The position numbers were made by a program, and so were the translations under genes. Below are positions 1 to 8,876 of a stretch of 64,000 nt of DNA, piece after piece (positions within the stretch are counted from its first letter, which is position 1; every line of letters begins with the position of its first letter). A model generated the notes under the pieces. The model was not told where the DNA came from and ran no database searches. It saw only the letters and a program-made list of their open reading frames with translations. The stretch comes from an uncultured Candidatus Saccharibacteria bacterium (GTDB taxonomy: Bacteria; Patescibacteriota; Saccharimonadia; Saccharimonadales; CAIOMD01), in NCBI GenBank assembly GCA_964566135.1, contig CAZMHM010000004.1, positions 12,596-76,595 of the forward strand. Reading direction: 5' to 3'.

Positions 1-394
1 CCACTGGTACGCTGACTAAAAATGCCGAAGCTATGACGACACCGTCTAGGGCATTATGTAGTGTATCGCCAAGAATAATCAGGCTTTTTGATGATTCGTT
101 TGCAGCATCCACACCCTCATGTTCGTGATGATGATGGAACCAGCGCAAGAAACGTTCAAAATAAAAGAATACAAGAAGTCCGATTAGCGAAGCAGTAAGC
201 ACAGCTTGGCTGGTTGATTCGGCGATTCCTTCTGGCAGTAAATCTAAGAAAACGGCTGCCAACAAAGCACCAGCTGCAAATGGCGTCGCATATTTAGCAA
301 GTGCTTGCGCGGTGCGTTTTCTGCTAAGTAGCATAACGCCGCCGATAAGCGAGAATAGCCCGCCAATTAATGAAAATATAATTACCAACGCCAT
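1..394 (-). CDS. ZIP-family (ZupT-like) metal transporter, 5' part only; continues past the left window edge
   Basis: Manual reverse-strand translation from ATG 394..392: MALVIIFSLIGGLFSLIGGVMLLSRKRTAQALAKYATPFAAGALLAAVFLDLLPE...FERFLRWFHHHHEHEG...LGDTLHNALDGVVIASAF. It has TM helices, a His-rich loop and the HNxxDG motif typical of ZIP transporters. It is absent from the ORF track because the window truncates it. Confidence 0.75.
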   Translation of the reverse strand, partial: MALVIIFSLIGGLFSLIGGVMLLSRKRTAQALAKYATPFAAGALLAAVFLDLLPEGIAESTSQAVLTASLIGLLVFFYFERFLRWFHHHHEHEGVDAANESSKSLIILGDTLHNALDGVVIASAFLVSVPV

Positions 395-450
395 GATAGT
401 CTTTCTTGTTTTTACCTAATTCATACTTATTGTACTATTCACGTAATTTA

Positions 451-484
451 TTGCAATTTATTTGCATTTGCAATACTATTGCAA
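451..484. promoter_or_regulatory. Fur/Zur-type operator candidates: perfect 7-3-7 palindrome TTGCAAT-ACT-ATTGCAA (468..484) preceded by an imperfect copy TTGCAAT-TTA-TTTGCAT (451..467)
   Basis: Read directly from the sequence. The sites lie in the 91-bp divergent region between the ZIP transporter and the Fur-family gene and abut the ATG at 486. Confidence 0.45.
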
Positions 485-485
485 T

Positions 486-914
486 ATGAACGAGTTTAAA
501 TCATTGTGTGCAGCGTATGGCATCAAAGCAACCACCGTACGCAGACAATTATTCGAACTGCTAAAATTGCGCAGCCCCATCCTTGCAGCGGATTTTATTG
601 ATGTAGCAAAATCTCAAGGCTTCGATTCTGTAACTATTTACCGAACTATCAATCTCTTTTCAAGACTCGGGATAATATACGAATTTGGATCAGGCAAACA
701 ACGAACCTTGCAACTTCACGAACCAGAGCACACCGACCATCATCATTTCATAAGATGTGAATCGTGCAATAAAGTTGCCCGGTTCGAAGACGATGCAATA
801 GAAAATCAATTACTAAGCATTTCGCGGCACAAAGGCTTTGTAGAAGTAAAAACACACTATCTAGAGGTCATTGGTGTCTGTGTCAGCTGTGCTCAATTTT
901 CACGAACCGTATAA
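486..914 (+). CDS. Fur-family metalloregulator (Zur-like, given the divergent ZIP transporter)
   Basis: Winged-helix N-terminus (TTVRRQLFELLKL...TIYRTINLF), HHHF, and CESC...CVSC cysteine pairs typical of Fur/Zur. I prefer ATG 486 (MNEFKSL) over the track's TTG 462 because the extension consists of the operator palindrome. Confidence 0.85.
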   Translation: MNEFKSLCAAYGIKATTVRRQLFELLKLRSPILAADFIDVAKSQGFDSVTIYRTINLFSRLGIIYEFGSGKQRTLQLHEPEHTDHHHFIRCESCNKVARFEDDAIENQLLSISRHKGFVEVKTHYLEVIGVCVSCAQFSRTV

Positions 915-1987
915 ACAATAAAACGTTTATCAAATGATTCTTTATCGCGTAAATAGGTTCCGTTGCATGTCATCAGATTAAGACCCTGCTTTGTAGAATC
1001 GTACGAGCGTAGGGCTTTTTGCATATCAACTTTGTCGGCATCAACCTTTTCTGTCGCAGCTACACGATACGTAATAGTGCTGTTGTCGCCAAGCGTTACA
1101 ACTACCTTGGCGCCAACCTTAATATTTTTTAAGCCTGCAAATATCCCCCCGCGAGTTGGGCCAAGCACGTGCCCATCGATAAATGCAGCGCCGGGCTGGC
1201 CGGGTTTAGAACTGCCGTCATACCAAGCGGTATCAAACACATTGCGCGGAGTGCCAATTTGGCTATTCGTATCAACTCCAACCCGTACGACGCGTGCAAA
1301 AACTCCCAAGCTACTAATATTAATGTATTTCGGCATATCGGGCGCTACGGTATACTTTTTGACTGCAGTTGCATCGGGTTGCTCTTCGCTGAGTCCAGCG
1401 CTTGCACCTGGCCGTCCGTTTTCACCTGCCGTGCCATTGCCGCCAGAACTATCAATGTTAGCCGATTGGGCTTCTATCTTCTTTGTAACTAATAAACTGT
1501 TGATGTTTACGCCAACACCAATGATAAATAGCGTTGCAGCCAAGACAATTAAAGCATAGCCTCGTTTCTTGTTTGGGCTGGCCGTACGAATATGCATAAC
1601 AGTCCTATGTAAGCGTGAACGCTTTGGGGCTGGTAGGGTTGGGACGCTTGCAATGGTCCTATGGCGCCGTTTCGAAAACTCAGGCGAAACCTGCACGGTA
1701 GTTTGAGTTATCCCAAGCCGCTGTGGCATTACCTGTGGTTTCGCCCTAATGATATCTTGGTTGTACTTTTGTTTTGGCGGAATATGCTGTTGAGGCTTTT
1801 CATGCACAACAGCTGGGCGGTGTGTCGATACAACCGCATCTAATGTAGGCACTTGCAAGGGCTGAGAATTGTGATGAATATTGGCAGTGCGATAGCGAGA
1901 CTGAATATCAGCAACAGGGCGCGAGCGGTAGCTCGCTGCCCTGTCTTTGAATTCCATGTTTCGTAAGCGTTTGTCGCTTTGTCTCAT
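893..1987 (-). CDS. Sortase-family transpeptidase (class E/F-like) with a long basic N-terminal region and one TM helix
   Basis: The C-terminal domain carries FIDGHVLG (His), LNLMTCNG (TLxTC-type Cys) and RFIVYTV (Arg). The TM helix is YALIVLAATLFIIGVGV. I start at ATG 1987 (MRQSDK) to avoid overlapping the upstream gene. Confidence 0.75.
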   Translation of the reverse strand: MRQSDKRLRNMEFKDRAASYRSRPVADIQSRYRTANIHHNSQPLQVPTLDAVVSTHRPAVVHEKPQQHIPPKQKYNQDIIRAKPQVMPQRLGITQTTVQVSPEFSKRRHRTIASVPTLPAPKRSRLHRTVMHIRTASPNKKRGYALIVLAATLFIIGVGVNINSLLVTKKIEAQSANIDSSGGNGTAGENGRPGASAGLSEEQPDATAVKKYTVAPDMPKYINISSLGVFARVVRVGVDTNSQIGTPRNVFDTAWYDGSSKPGQPGAAFIDGHVLGPTRGGIFAGLKNIKVGAKVVVTLGDNSTITYRVAATEKVDADKVDMQKALRSYDSTKQGLNLMTCNGTYLRDKESFDKRFIVYTVREN

Positions 1988-2006
1988 ACTACCTTTTGTG
2001 TGTTGA

Positions 2007-3683
2007 CTATTTTTTATTCTGCAAAAGCTGTTTGCGAGCTGCGTAGCTAATACCTGCAACTGCAATCAAGGTGACGACTAATGTAAGTAATGGGTTGTTG
2101 CTGAGCATTTCAAACCCAGTGTTTGGCGCCGTAGGAGATACTGGAGATGTAGCAGCACTCACGTCCGTGGCGGTAAGAACAACATCATTACCAGTCCCGC
2201 CAGTATAACTAATTGTGTAAACGACACCATCAACTGTCACAGTTGCGCCCTGAGCAAGTCCTTGGAATGTTCCGCTAACGGCGTCGGCCCCATCATTATT
2301 AATGATTACAAAACTATCGTTTAGCGCCGGGCGATAGCCATTCCAGTGCGTTACGGTAAGGGTTGTCGTTGAGCCAAGATTGACCGTTCCGGTTACATTG
2401 AGTTGGTCATATTGCCCGGATGTTGTACCACCTATTTCTTCCTCGAATGAGCCGCCGCCAAAGGTAACATTACCTGACGCTAAAACGCCCGGACTCATAC
2501 CTGGAGCAACAGTTCCTCCAGATAGGTTAATATTGCCTACCGTTCCCGTTCCCTTAAGTTTACCGCTATACATATATATGTCGCCAGCTACCGCGCCACT
2601 ATTGACTACAACCTCTTGGTTGTAACTAATCGCAAAAGAAGTACCGGCCGTATTCGTTACGGTCGTGACCTTATGCGTTGATGCATAGGTCCCGTTCGAA
2701 GAAGTGCTTGCGTTATTTGTTGAATTGAGCACTAGAGACCCTGCTTGGCCATCTAGCATCGTTAAGGTAAATGCACCTGTTATATCTCCTGTTATAGTTA
2801 CCTTTCCTTCTCCCGCAACAACAGTGTTCTGCCCGAGGGTAATCGCACCAGCGAGAGTAATGTCGGCAGCAGCATTTGGACCAGTCGAGGTAGACCAGCT
2901 ACATACTGCCGTAGCAAGTAGCGCGCCGTATGCGTTAGCCGAATTAAAGACTATTGGATTGCTTATGGTACCGGTAGCGCATGTGTTAACTTGACCTGCA
3001 GCCCCACTAACTGTCACTACGTTAGCCACGTTACCAAAACCTTGTACATTCGAAACATATGCTGAACCCGCAACCTGGACAGTACCCGTAAAGGTATTTG
3101 CTCGAGACAGTGATGCTGAGGAAAGGCTATTGATATTGATATTTCCTGCGCCAGTTATAGTACTGTTAATACGTAAGTCGTTAGTATTATTTTGGACAGT
3201 GATATTATGCCCATTAAGATTAATTGTCTTGTCGGTAACACTTGCTTCTGAAATTTGCATTGAACCTGAAAGGGCTATATCTGCTCCAAGAACAAGATTC
3301 GTATTGATTTGGGGGAAGTAGAGCATATTATCTGATGAAATATCACCACTCACTATTATATCGTTGCCGTTAATGATTACGTTTTTCTGCGTCGTCACAG
3401 TGCCAGTGCCCGTAAAGGTAATACCAGCTACACTAAACGAAGTAATGTCATTGTTAAGAGTGACCGTCCCTGTTACATTCGCATAATCAAAATTAATAAT
3501 GTCGGACGCGCCCGGCAATACTCCACTACAACCCGACCAGTTACCTGAATCATTAAAGTTATTACTATTCGCTCCGGTCCACGAGCAAGTAGCCGCGTGA
3601 GCAACCGGGCTCACGAGTACAAACACCGACGATACACTTAATAGTATCGACGAAAAACCATACGCCAAACGACGTAATTTCAT
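2007..3683 (-). CDS. Secreted surface protein with beta-helix/autotransporter-passenger-like repeats and a C-terminal sortase sorting signal
   Basis: Signal peptide MKLRRLAYGFSSILLSVSSVFVLVSPVAHA. Gly/Thr/Asn-rich repeats (NTFTGTVQVAGS-type). The C-terminus is SPTAPNTG followed by a hydrophobic helix and RKQLLQNKK. Confidence 0.8.
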   Translation of the reverse strand: MKLRRLAYGFSSILLSVSSVFVLVSPVAHAATCSWTGANSNNFNDSGNWSGCSGVLPGASDIINFDYANVTGTVTLNNDITSFSVAGITFTGTGTVTTQKNVIINGNDIIVSGDISSDNMLYFPQINTNLVLGADIALSGSMQISEASVTDKTINLNGHNITVQNNTNDLRINSTITGAGNININSLSSASLSRANTFTGTVQVAGSAYVSNVQGFGNVANVVTVSGAAGQVNTCATGTISNPIVFNSANAYGALLATAVCSWSTSTGPNAAADITLAGAITLGQNTVVAGEGKVTITGDITGAFTLTMLDGQAGSLVLNSTNNASTSSNGTYASTHKVTTVTNTAGTSFAISYNQEVVVNSGAVAGDIYMYSGKLKGTGTVGNINLSGGTVAPGMSPGVLASGNVTFGGGSFEEEIGGTTSGQYDQLNVTGTVNLGSTTTLTVTHWNGYRPALNDSFVIINNDGADAVSGTFQGLAQGATVTVDGVVYTISYTGGTGNDVVLTATDVSAATSPVSPTAPNTGFEMLSNNPLLTLVVTLIAVAGISYAARKQLLQNKK

Positions 3684-3733
3684 AATCTCTCCTTTTATTT
3701 TGCGTTTTTGCTGTTTAAAGTACTATTACCTTA

Positions 3734-3761
3734 AGCATAAACGCCCCTGTTTTTTTGTCAA
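3734..3761 (-). promoter_or_regulatory. Candidate sigma70-type promoter of the surface-protein/sortase operon
   Basis: On the reverse strand: TTGACA (3761..3756), 16 nt, TATGCT (3739..3734). AAAAGGAGAG Shine-Dalgarno lies before ATG 3683. Confidence 0.35.
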
Positions 3762-3794
3762 GAAGTTTTTTAAAATTTGTTGACTTATTTACAA

Positions 3795-4187
3795 TTATTT
3801 CTTTGGCAAGGTGATGTTTGCATCCGCTCCGTAAAACGGCATGGCAATTTTTTCGTCTTCGTCATTAATGAGTCGTGCTATACCAGCTTGTATCCAATCA
3901 TCTTCGCCCTGCGCTACAACAGGTATGCTAAGACTTAGCGCAAGTGCATTTGCCACGCTAATGCCTATTCTTAGGCCCGTAAAGCTACCAGGGCCTTTAA
4001 ATACTACGATTCCTTTTATATCATTCCAACTTGTATGATTCGTATCGAGCAATGCTTTCATTTTTATGTGTATGGTATCTGTTAGTTGGCGGTGTGCCTC
4101 CCAGGTAACGCTATCAATACATTCGGCATAGCCATATACATGTAATTCCGCCTCGGGTTTATCGGTTCGAATCGCTAAAACTATCAT
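3795..4187 (-). CDS. tsaB: tRNA t6A biosynthesis protein TsaB, unusually short (130 aa)
   Basis: GPGSFTGLRIGISVANALA motif. ATGA overlap with the upstream tsaE stop. Confidence 0.75.
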   Translation of the reverse strand: MIVLAIRTDKPEAELHVYGYAECIDSVTWEAHRQLTDTIHIKMKALLDTNHTSWNDIKGIVVFKGPGSFTGLRIGISVANALALSLSIPVVAQGEDDWIQAGIARLINDEDEKIAMPFYGADANITLPKK

Positions 4188-4654
4188 GCTTGCAAACCTT
4201 CTGCTAGATATTGGTAGGTAGCCGGAATAGTGATGGTAATTTCGCGCTCGGATTCACCAACTTGTAAAAAGGTAATTAGTACGTGCTCTTGTGGCAAAAC
4301 ATCAGCAACAATATCGCCCCACTCCACTACTATGACGACATTTGGGTCACTAATAATTTCTTGTAGCTCATGGCTAATAATTCCTGGTTCGGGTAAACGA
4401 TAAAAGTCAAAATGATGAACAGTAAAGTTTGGTGCGTTATACACCTTAGAAATGGTAAATGTTGGGCTCGCAACATCATCACCACTGCCTGCGCCCTCGG
4501 CAAATCCACGCGTAAAGGTAGTTTTACCGCCACCAAGGTCACTCTTAAGCTCAATCAGTTCGCCACCTTTACAGTTGGCGCCGAGAATTCTGCCGAGCTG
4601 TTCGGTAATTTCTGAGCTGGTAGAGTTTATTCGCAATGTCAAACCGGTACTCAT
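4184..4654 (-). CDS. tsaE: tRNA t6A biosynthesis ATPase TsaE
   Basis: SDLGGGKTTFTRGF P-loop about 38 aa from MSTGLTL, and WGD near the C-terminus. I chose ATG 4654, which overlaps the upstream gene's 3' end by 86 nt. Confidence 0.8.
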   Translation of the reverse strand: MSTGLTLRINSTSSEITEQLGRILGANCKGGELIELKSDLGGGKTTFTRGFAEGAGSGDDVASPTFTISKVYNAPNFTVHHFDFYRLPEPGIISHELQEIISDPNVVIVVEWGDIVADVLPQEHVLITFLQVGESEREITITIPATYQYLAEGLQA

Positions 4655-6059
4655 ATCCTGAATAGAGTACCGCCAAAGTACCCAAGGTAGCAAGTAGCCA
4701 CACAGGTAATGGTGTTGGTGCCGCAACTAAAGCTGGACCATCGGCCGAGTCAGTAGCAGCTTTTACCTTCGTGACTTTTGCCGTGGTAGCCTTTGGGGCC
4801 GTGGTTGTTTTAGCTGTAGTAGTGGCAGTTTTTGCGGTCTTTTTGGCAGTAGCCGCGGCAGTAGCAACTACCGTTTCAGCAACCGTAGGGACAGTGATTA
4901 CATTTTGATTGTTTTGCGTAGGGGTTATTGTCCATTTCCACTGCTCAGCGGTATCCTTTGCCCAAGATTGATTAGTTTTTGCAGCCTCATAACGCGTGCT
5001 GTCAAATAGCTGCCCTGCCGGGCCAGTAATTTTTACTGCCCCACCGCCGTTAGCAAGCGCAATACTTGTATCTGCAGATGTAATAACAAGAAAGCTGTGT
5101 GGTTCTATTGAAGCAGTACCACTAAACGTATGATGATACGCATACGTTTCGCCTGCATACACTGTGTAACCAGCCAAATCCTGGCGCACATCATTTGGGT
5201 TATACAGCTCTATCCATTCGTCATTCGCATCCGTCAATGGCGTTGCCGGGTCAATAAATAATTCATTTATGAGTATGGGTAATTCTTGTGGGACTATTTC
5301 TGCAACCGGTGGAGTTTGTGGCGGTTCAACTGGGTTTTGTTCTGAAGGAAGCGTTGTGTCAGCTGGCGGGGTTTCGGCGGGAGGCGTATCTGGTGCTGGA
5401 TCAGGGATAGGCTCAGGATCCGGAACGATAACGGGAACCTCGGGTTCAGTATTCGTAACATCTGGGGTCGGTGTGGCGATAATCTCAAAATCCAGCTTAT
5501 TATTGTTGGTGTCAACCGTAAGACCATCCTTTACAATGCGCTGGATTGAGCTTCCGTCGGGCGGTGCTACTGCTAGCTCGGTTTCGCTGATAGTTGTTGT
5601 CTTTGTGCCCCACCCTACAATATCAACAGCCACGCCCAGGCTATCAACAAGCTCAACGGTGCCGCCGGTTGCTGCCATACCGGCAAAACTAGAAGCTATT
5701 GCATAGGTAATTTTTGGCGAGGCATCGAGCATGAATGTGTCAGGAGTGATTAACAAAAACCCGTCTGGATATATGACAGTTGGACTCGGAAATGTTACAA
5801 AATATTTTGCCGTCGCCATATTACCAGTCGAGGTAATATACTGCAGTTTCCACCCGCTAATATCAATTTGAGAATCTGAAATATTATGAAGTTCAATAAA
5901 TTCTTGATCAGTCGTCTTTGTGCCAGCACCATTGAGTTGCAACTCATTGATTACAACTGATGTAGAGGGTGGCACCGGCTCAGCTCCTACGGCAAGAGTA
6001 CATGCTGGCAAAATGCATAATTGTAGGCTTAAAAATAGCTGAATTACGCGCCGCACCAT
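4569..6059 (-). CDS. Secreted, membrane-anchored protein with two lamin-tail-like (LTD) domains, a Pro-rich linker and a Lys/Thr/Ala-rich tract
   Basis: Signal peptide. INELQLNGAG...EFIELHN and INELFIDPA...EWIELYNP (LTD signature). PEPIPDPAPDTPP linker. KKTAKTATTTAKTTTAPKATTAKVTKVKA tract. C-terminal TM helix plus a basic tail. Confidence 0.75.
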   Translation of the reverse strand: MVRRVIQLFLSLQLCILPACTLAVGAEPVPPSTSVVINELQLNGAGTKTTDQEFIELHNISDSQIDISGWKLQYITSTGNMATAKYFVTFPSPTVIYPDGFLLITPDTFMLDASPKITYAIASSFAGMAATGGTVELVDSLGVAVDIVGWGTKTTTISETELAVAPPDGSSIQRIVKDGLTVDTNNNKLDFEIIATPTPDVTNTEPEVPVIVPDPEPIPDPAPDTPPAETPPADTTLPSEQNPVEPPQTPPVAEIVPQELPILINELFIDPATPLTDANDEWIELYNPNDVRQDLAGYTVYAGETYAYHHTFSGTASIEPHSFLVITSADTSIALANGGGAVKITGPAGQLFDSTRYEAAKTNQSWAKDTAEQWKWTITPTQNNQNVITVPTVAETVVATAAATAKKTAKTATTTAKTTTAPKATTAKVTKVKAATDSADGPALVAAPTPLPVWLLATLGTLAVLYSGYEYRFDIANKLYQLRNYRTARQNSRRQL

Positions 6060-6120
6060 AATTTTATTGTAGCCAAAACATTTATAAGCTCAAGGATTTT
6101 CCGTACAATACACAGTAGCC

Positions 6121-6681
6121 ATGTTGTACTTATCCACAAAATTACATAATATCCCCCTGTTAAGCTTACGTAGCGGTGGGCGCATTGGGACGGTAATCGA
6201 ACCAATAATCAATCCACATAACCTACATATTGATGGTTTTTACTGCCAATCTGCGCATAGCGAAAATGCACTCATACTATTAGACATTGATATTCGTGAC
6301 ATAAGTGGCCGTGGCGTCATTATAGATAACCATATGGATCTTTCCGAACCAGACGAGCTGGTACGCCTTAAACCAGTGCTTGATTTAGACTTTCACCTCG
6401 AATCTAAGCAAGTCCTCGTAAACAAACGTAAAGTTGGCAAGGTTATCGAGTATGCTGTAGAAACCCAAAGTCTTTTTATACAAAAAATCTACGTACATCC
6501 TCGGCTTTTGCAAAGCCTTAACCAGAATCGCCTGACTTTTGACCGTAGTAGTGTGGTCGAGGTGACAGACAGCTACATTGCGTTTAGTGGGCCCGAAGTC
6601 AGGGTAGGCGCAACAAAAACCGCAAAAGCCGAAGGCCTGAGTCCTGATTATTCGGCCAATGCATCGACTATATCAGAATAG
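6121..6681 (+). CDS. Hypothetical protein, possibly tandem PRC-barrel-like domains
   Basis: Weak pattern similarity only (LLSLRSGGRIGTVIEPIINP...; KRKVGKVIEYAVE...). The 3' end overlaps recX by 34 nt (convergent). Confidence 0.5.
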   Translation: MLYLSTKLHNIPLLSLRSGGRIGTVIEPIINPHNLHIDGFYCQSAHSENALILLDIDIRDISGRGVIIDNHMDLSEPDELVRLKPVLDLDFHLESKQVLVNKRKVGKVIEYAVETQSLFIQKIYVHPRLLQSLNQNRLTFDRSSVVEVTDSYIAFSGPEVRVGATKTAKAEGLSPDYSANASTISE

Positions 6682-7241
6682 CGATAGCCTTGCCGTTGTA
6701 GATACTCGATAAGCTTTTTATCATCTTGGTAGCGAACATTTCGTCGCTTTTTTTCGATAAGAGCCTCAAGCGATGATGCGTCCGTCGCGTCTGCATTTGC
6801 AAGCGAAGACTGAATAACATCATCAGGCACACCTTTAGTGCGAAGTTCTTGCCGAATAAAGCCTGCACTACGTTGCTTATTGCGCCGCTGGTCAACCCAC
6901 CACCGAGCAAACTGCTCATCATTTTGGTAGCCAACTTTTTGCATCGAGAGCACCCAGTCATCTATCTGTTCTGGGTCGAGTTTTTTGCGATATAAATAAT
7001 CTTTGAGCTCTTTTGAGGAATGCGGGCGTATCATCAACCATTCAATTGTGCGCATACGTAACTTGCCATCATCGGATACTTTATGTAATCGCGTAATATC
7101 TTGTTCGGTTAGTTCTAGGCCAATTTTTAGTTTTTCGTCTAGTAATTGCGCTATCGTGAGTGAAAATTCATATTTACCATCAACATAAATACTTACGCGC
7201 TCTTTGTTTTTTACTTGCTTGGTGATGCGCGTTATCGTCAC
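6648..7241 (-). CDS. recX: RecA regulator RecX
   Basis: Helical-repeat protein (ERVSIYVDGKYEFSL..., RTKGVPDDVI..., YLQRQGYRYSDI) lying downstream of recA. Confidence 0.85.
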   Translation of the reverse strand: MTITRITKQVKNKERVSIYVDGKYEFSLTIAQLLDEKLKIGLELTEQDITRLHKVSDDGKLRMRTIEWLMIRPHSSKELKDYLYRKKLDPEQIDDWVLSMQKVGYQNDEQFARWWVDQRRNKQRSAGFIRQELRTKGVPDDVIQSSLANADATDASSLEALIEKKRRNVRYQDDKKLIEYLQRQGYRYSDIVDALAE

Positions 7242-7244
7242 AGT

Positions 7245-7703
7245 CTATCTCCAGCTTGCAACTACGAGGCCAGCGTATATGCTCAACATAGCAACAAACC
7301 AACCAATTTCGATAATCCAACCCCAGTATCGTTCGCCCCACTGAATATTGGCATGAAAGGTAGTGATGGGGTTTTTCATAGGTAACTCGCCATCTTTACG
7401 CTCACGATACATTCGGTACGCCCAAACGCTATCTGGTAGCATCGCCAAAAACATCGACGCCAGCACCAGCAACGTATACTGCCCTGCAGTCATAATCACG
7501 AGCCACGTAAACAGTAGTAGCATAATCATGTCTACGCCTAGTACTGTTTTAAAACGTGTTGCTCTTGCCTCGGGGGTTGGCTCGCCATAATGAGGCAACA
7601 TATCAAGCGCAAAGTGCGACAACAACGCCAGTGGTAAGACCCACCACTGTTTAGTTACAAGGGCCATATTTGCGGCAGTAATCGCGTGATTGGTGGCCGT
7701 CAT
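7245..7703 (-). CDS. Integral membrane protein between recA and recX; possibly YdjM/DUF457-like
   Basis: Four to five hydrophobic helices and an N-terminal H...HFALDMLPH pattern. The family assignment is tentative. Confidence 0.7.
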   Translation of the reverse strand: MTATNHAITAANMALVTKQWWVLPLALLSHFALDMLPHYGEPTPEARATRFKTVLGVDMIMLLLFTWLVIMTAGQYTLLVLASMFLAMLPDSVWAYRMYRERKDGELPMKNPITTFHANIQWGERYWGWIIEIGWFVAMLSIYAGLVVASWR

Positions 7704-7710
7704 TAGTTTA

Positions 7711-8745
7711 TTACTGTGGTAGCGCTGCTTGGCGTACGAGTTTGTCTATTTTTTTTAGATCTTCAGGATGGTCAGTCAGATATTGCTTGGCAGCTTCGCG
7801 GCCCTGGCCAATCTTAGCGCCATCGTATTCGAACCAGGCACCTGCCTTGCCTACAATGCCATGTGTTACGGCTAGGTCTAGCGTGTCACCTTCGCGGCTA
7901 ATGCCAACGTTATACATAATGTCGAATTCTGCTTCTCTAAACGGCGGGGCAATCTTATTTTTGACAACTTTTACGCGGGCACGGTTACCAATAACTTCTT
8001 CGCCACTTTTAATTTGGCTAATACGGCGAATGTCTAGACGGACCGATGCGTAAAACTTTAGTGCATTACCACCGGTAGTTGTTTCGGGATTGCCAAACAT
8101 GATGCCAATCTTCATACGTAACTGATTAATAAAGATAACTGTGGTGTGACTTTTGTTAATGACACCCGTGAGCTTGCGGAGTGCTTGGCTCATAAGTCGA
8201 GCCTGCAAACCCATGTGAGAGTCGCCCATATCGCCTTCTATTTCAGCTTGTGGTACAAGTGCGGCGACTGAGTCAACGACAATCAAATCTACTGCGTTGC
8301 TACGTACTAATGTTTCTACAATCTCGAGCGCCTGTTCGCCGTTGTCAGGTTGTGCAACCAATAAGTTAGCAATGTTTACCCCAATGCGTTCTGCGTAGGC
8401 AGGGTCAAGAGCGTGCTCGGCATCAATAAATGCAGCCGTGCCACCTTGCTTTTGAATTTCTGCAACCGCATGCAGTGTAAGTGTTGTTTTACCGCTACTT
8501 TCAGGGCCGTATACTTCGATGATGCGGCCTTTTGGAATACCACCACCAAGTGCAATATCAAGGCTAAGGCTACCGGTCGAAAACGTTTCAACATCAATTT
8601 TGTGATCGGCGCCAAGTTGCATAATCGCACCTGCACCAAATTGCTTTTTAATTTGATCGACAGCTAAGTTCAACGCTTGATCTTTGCCGCTCTGATCGGT
8701 CACCTCTGTAAGTGTGGTATCTTTTTTTGCAGATTTTGCAGCCAT
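7711..8745 (-). CDS. recA: Recombinase RecA
   Basis: [13 protein letters not shown] Walker A, the FIDAEHALD and IVVDSVAAL motifs, and full-length similarity. I chose start MAAKSAKK (8745), which has AGGGGAG upstream. Confidence 0.97.
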   Translation of the reverse strand: MAAKSAKKDTTLTEVTDQSGKDQALNLAVDQIKKQFGAGAIMQLGADHKIDVETFSTGSLSLDIALGGGIPKGRIIEVYGPESSGKTTLTLHAVAEIQKQGGTAAFIDAEHALDPAYAERIGVNIANLLVAQPDNGEQALEIVETLVRSNAVDLIVVDSVAALVPQAEIEGDMGDSHMGLQARLMSQALRKLTGVINKSHTTVIFINQLRMKIGIMFGNPETTTGGNALKFYASVRLDIRRISQIKSGEEVIGNRARVKVVKNKIAPPFREAEFDIMYNVGISREGDTLDLAVTHGIVGKAGAWFEYDGAKIGQGREAAKQYLTDHPEDLKKIDKLVRQAALPQ

Positions 8746-8876
8746 AATCGTTATACTCCCCTGTTTTACCCTATTAAATCTTGGTTGCATTATAGCAAAA
8801 CAAAATGGGCTCGTCAGAATAGTTTTTACATCATTCCATATAAATATACTTAAAACGCTTAACCTTATCGTCTATA

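Noticed and set aside
462-485. TTG start at 462 for the Fur-family gene, as in the ORF track
   Set aside because: The extra codons are made of the operator palindrome itself. ATG 486 gives a normal Fur N-terminus.
963-1559. 198-aa and 107-aa + strand ORFs inside the sortase locus
   Set aside because: They are antisense to a reading frame with clear sortase catalytic motifs. They have low-complexity Pro/Ser/Thr-rich composition and no start-site signals.
1988-2065. Longer sortase ORF starting at 2065
   Set aside because: It would overlap the upstream surface-protein gene by 59 nt. An in-frame ATG at 1987 avoids this.
5269-5706. 145-aa Gly/Ser-rich + strand ORF
   Set aside because: It is the antisense shadow of the Pro-rich linker of the LTD protein, a compositional artefact.
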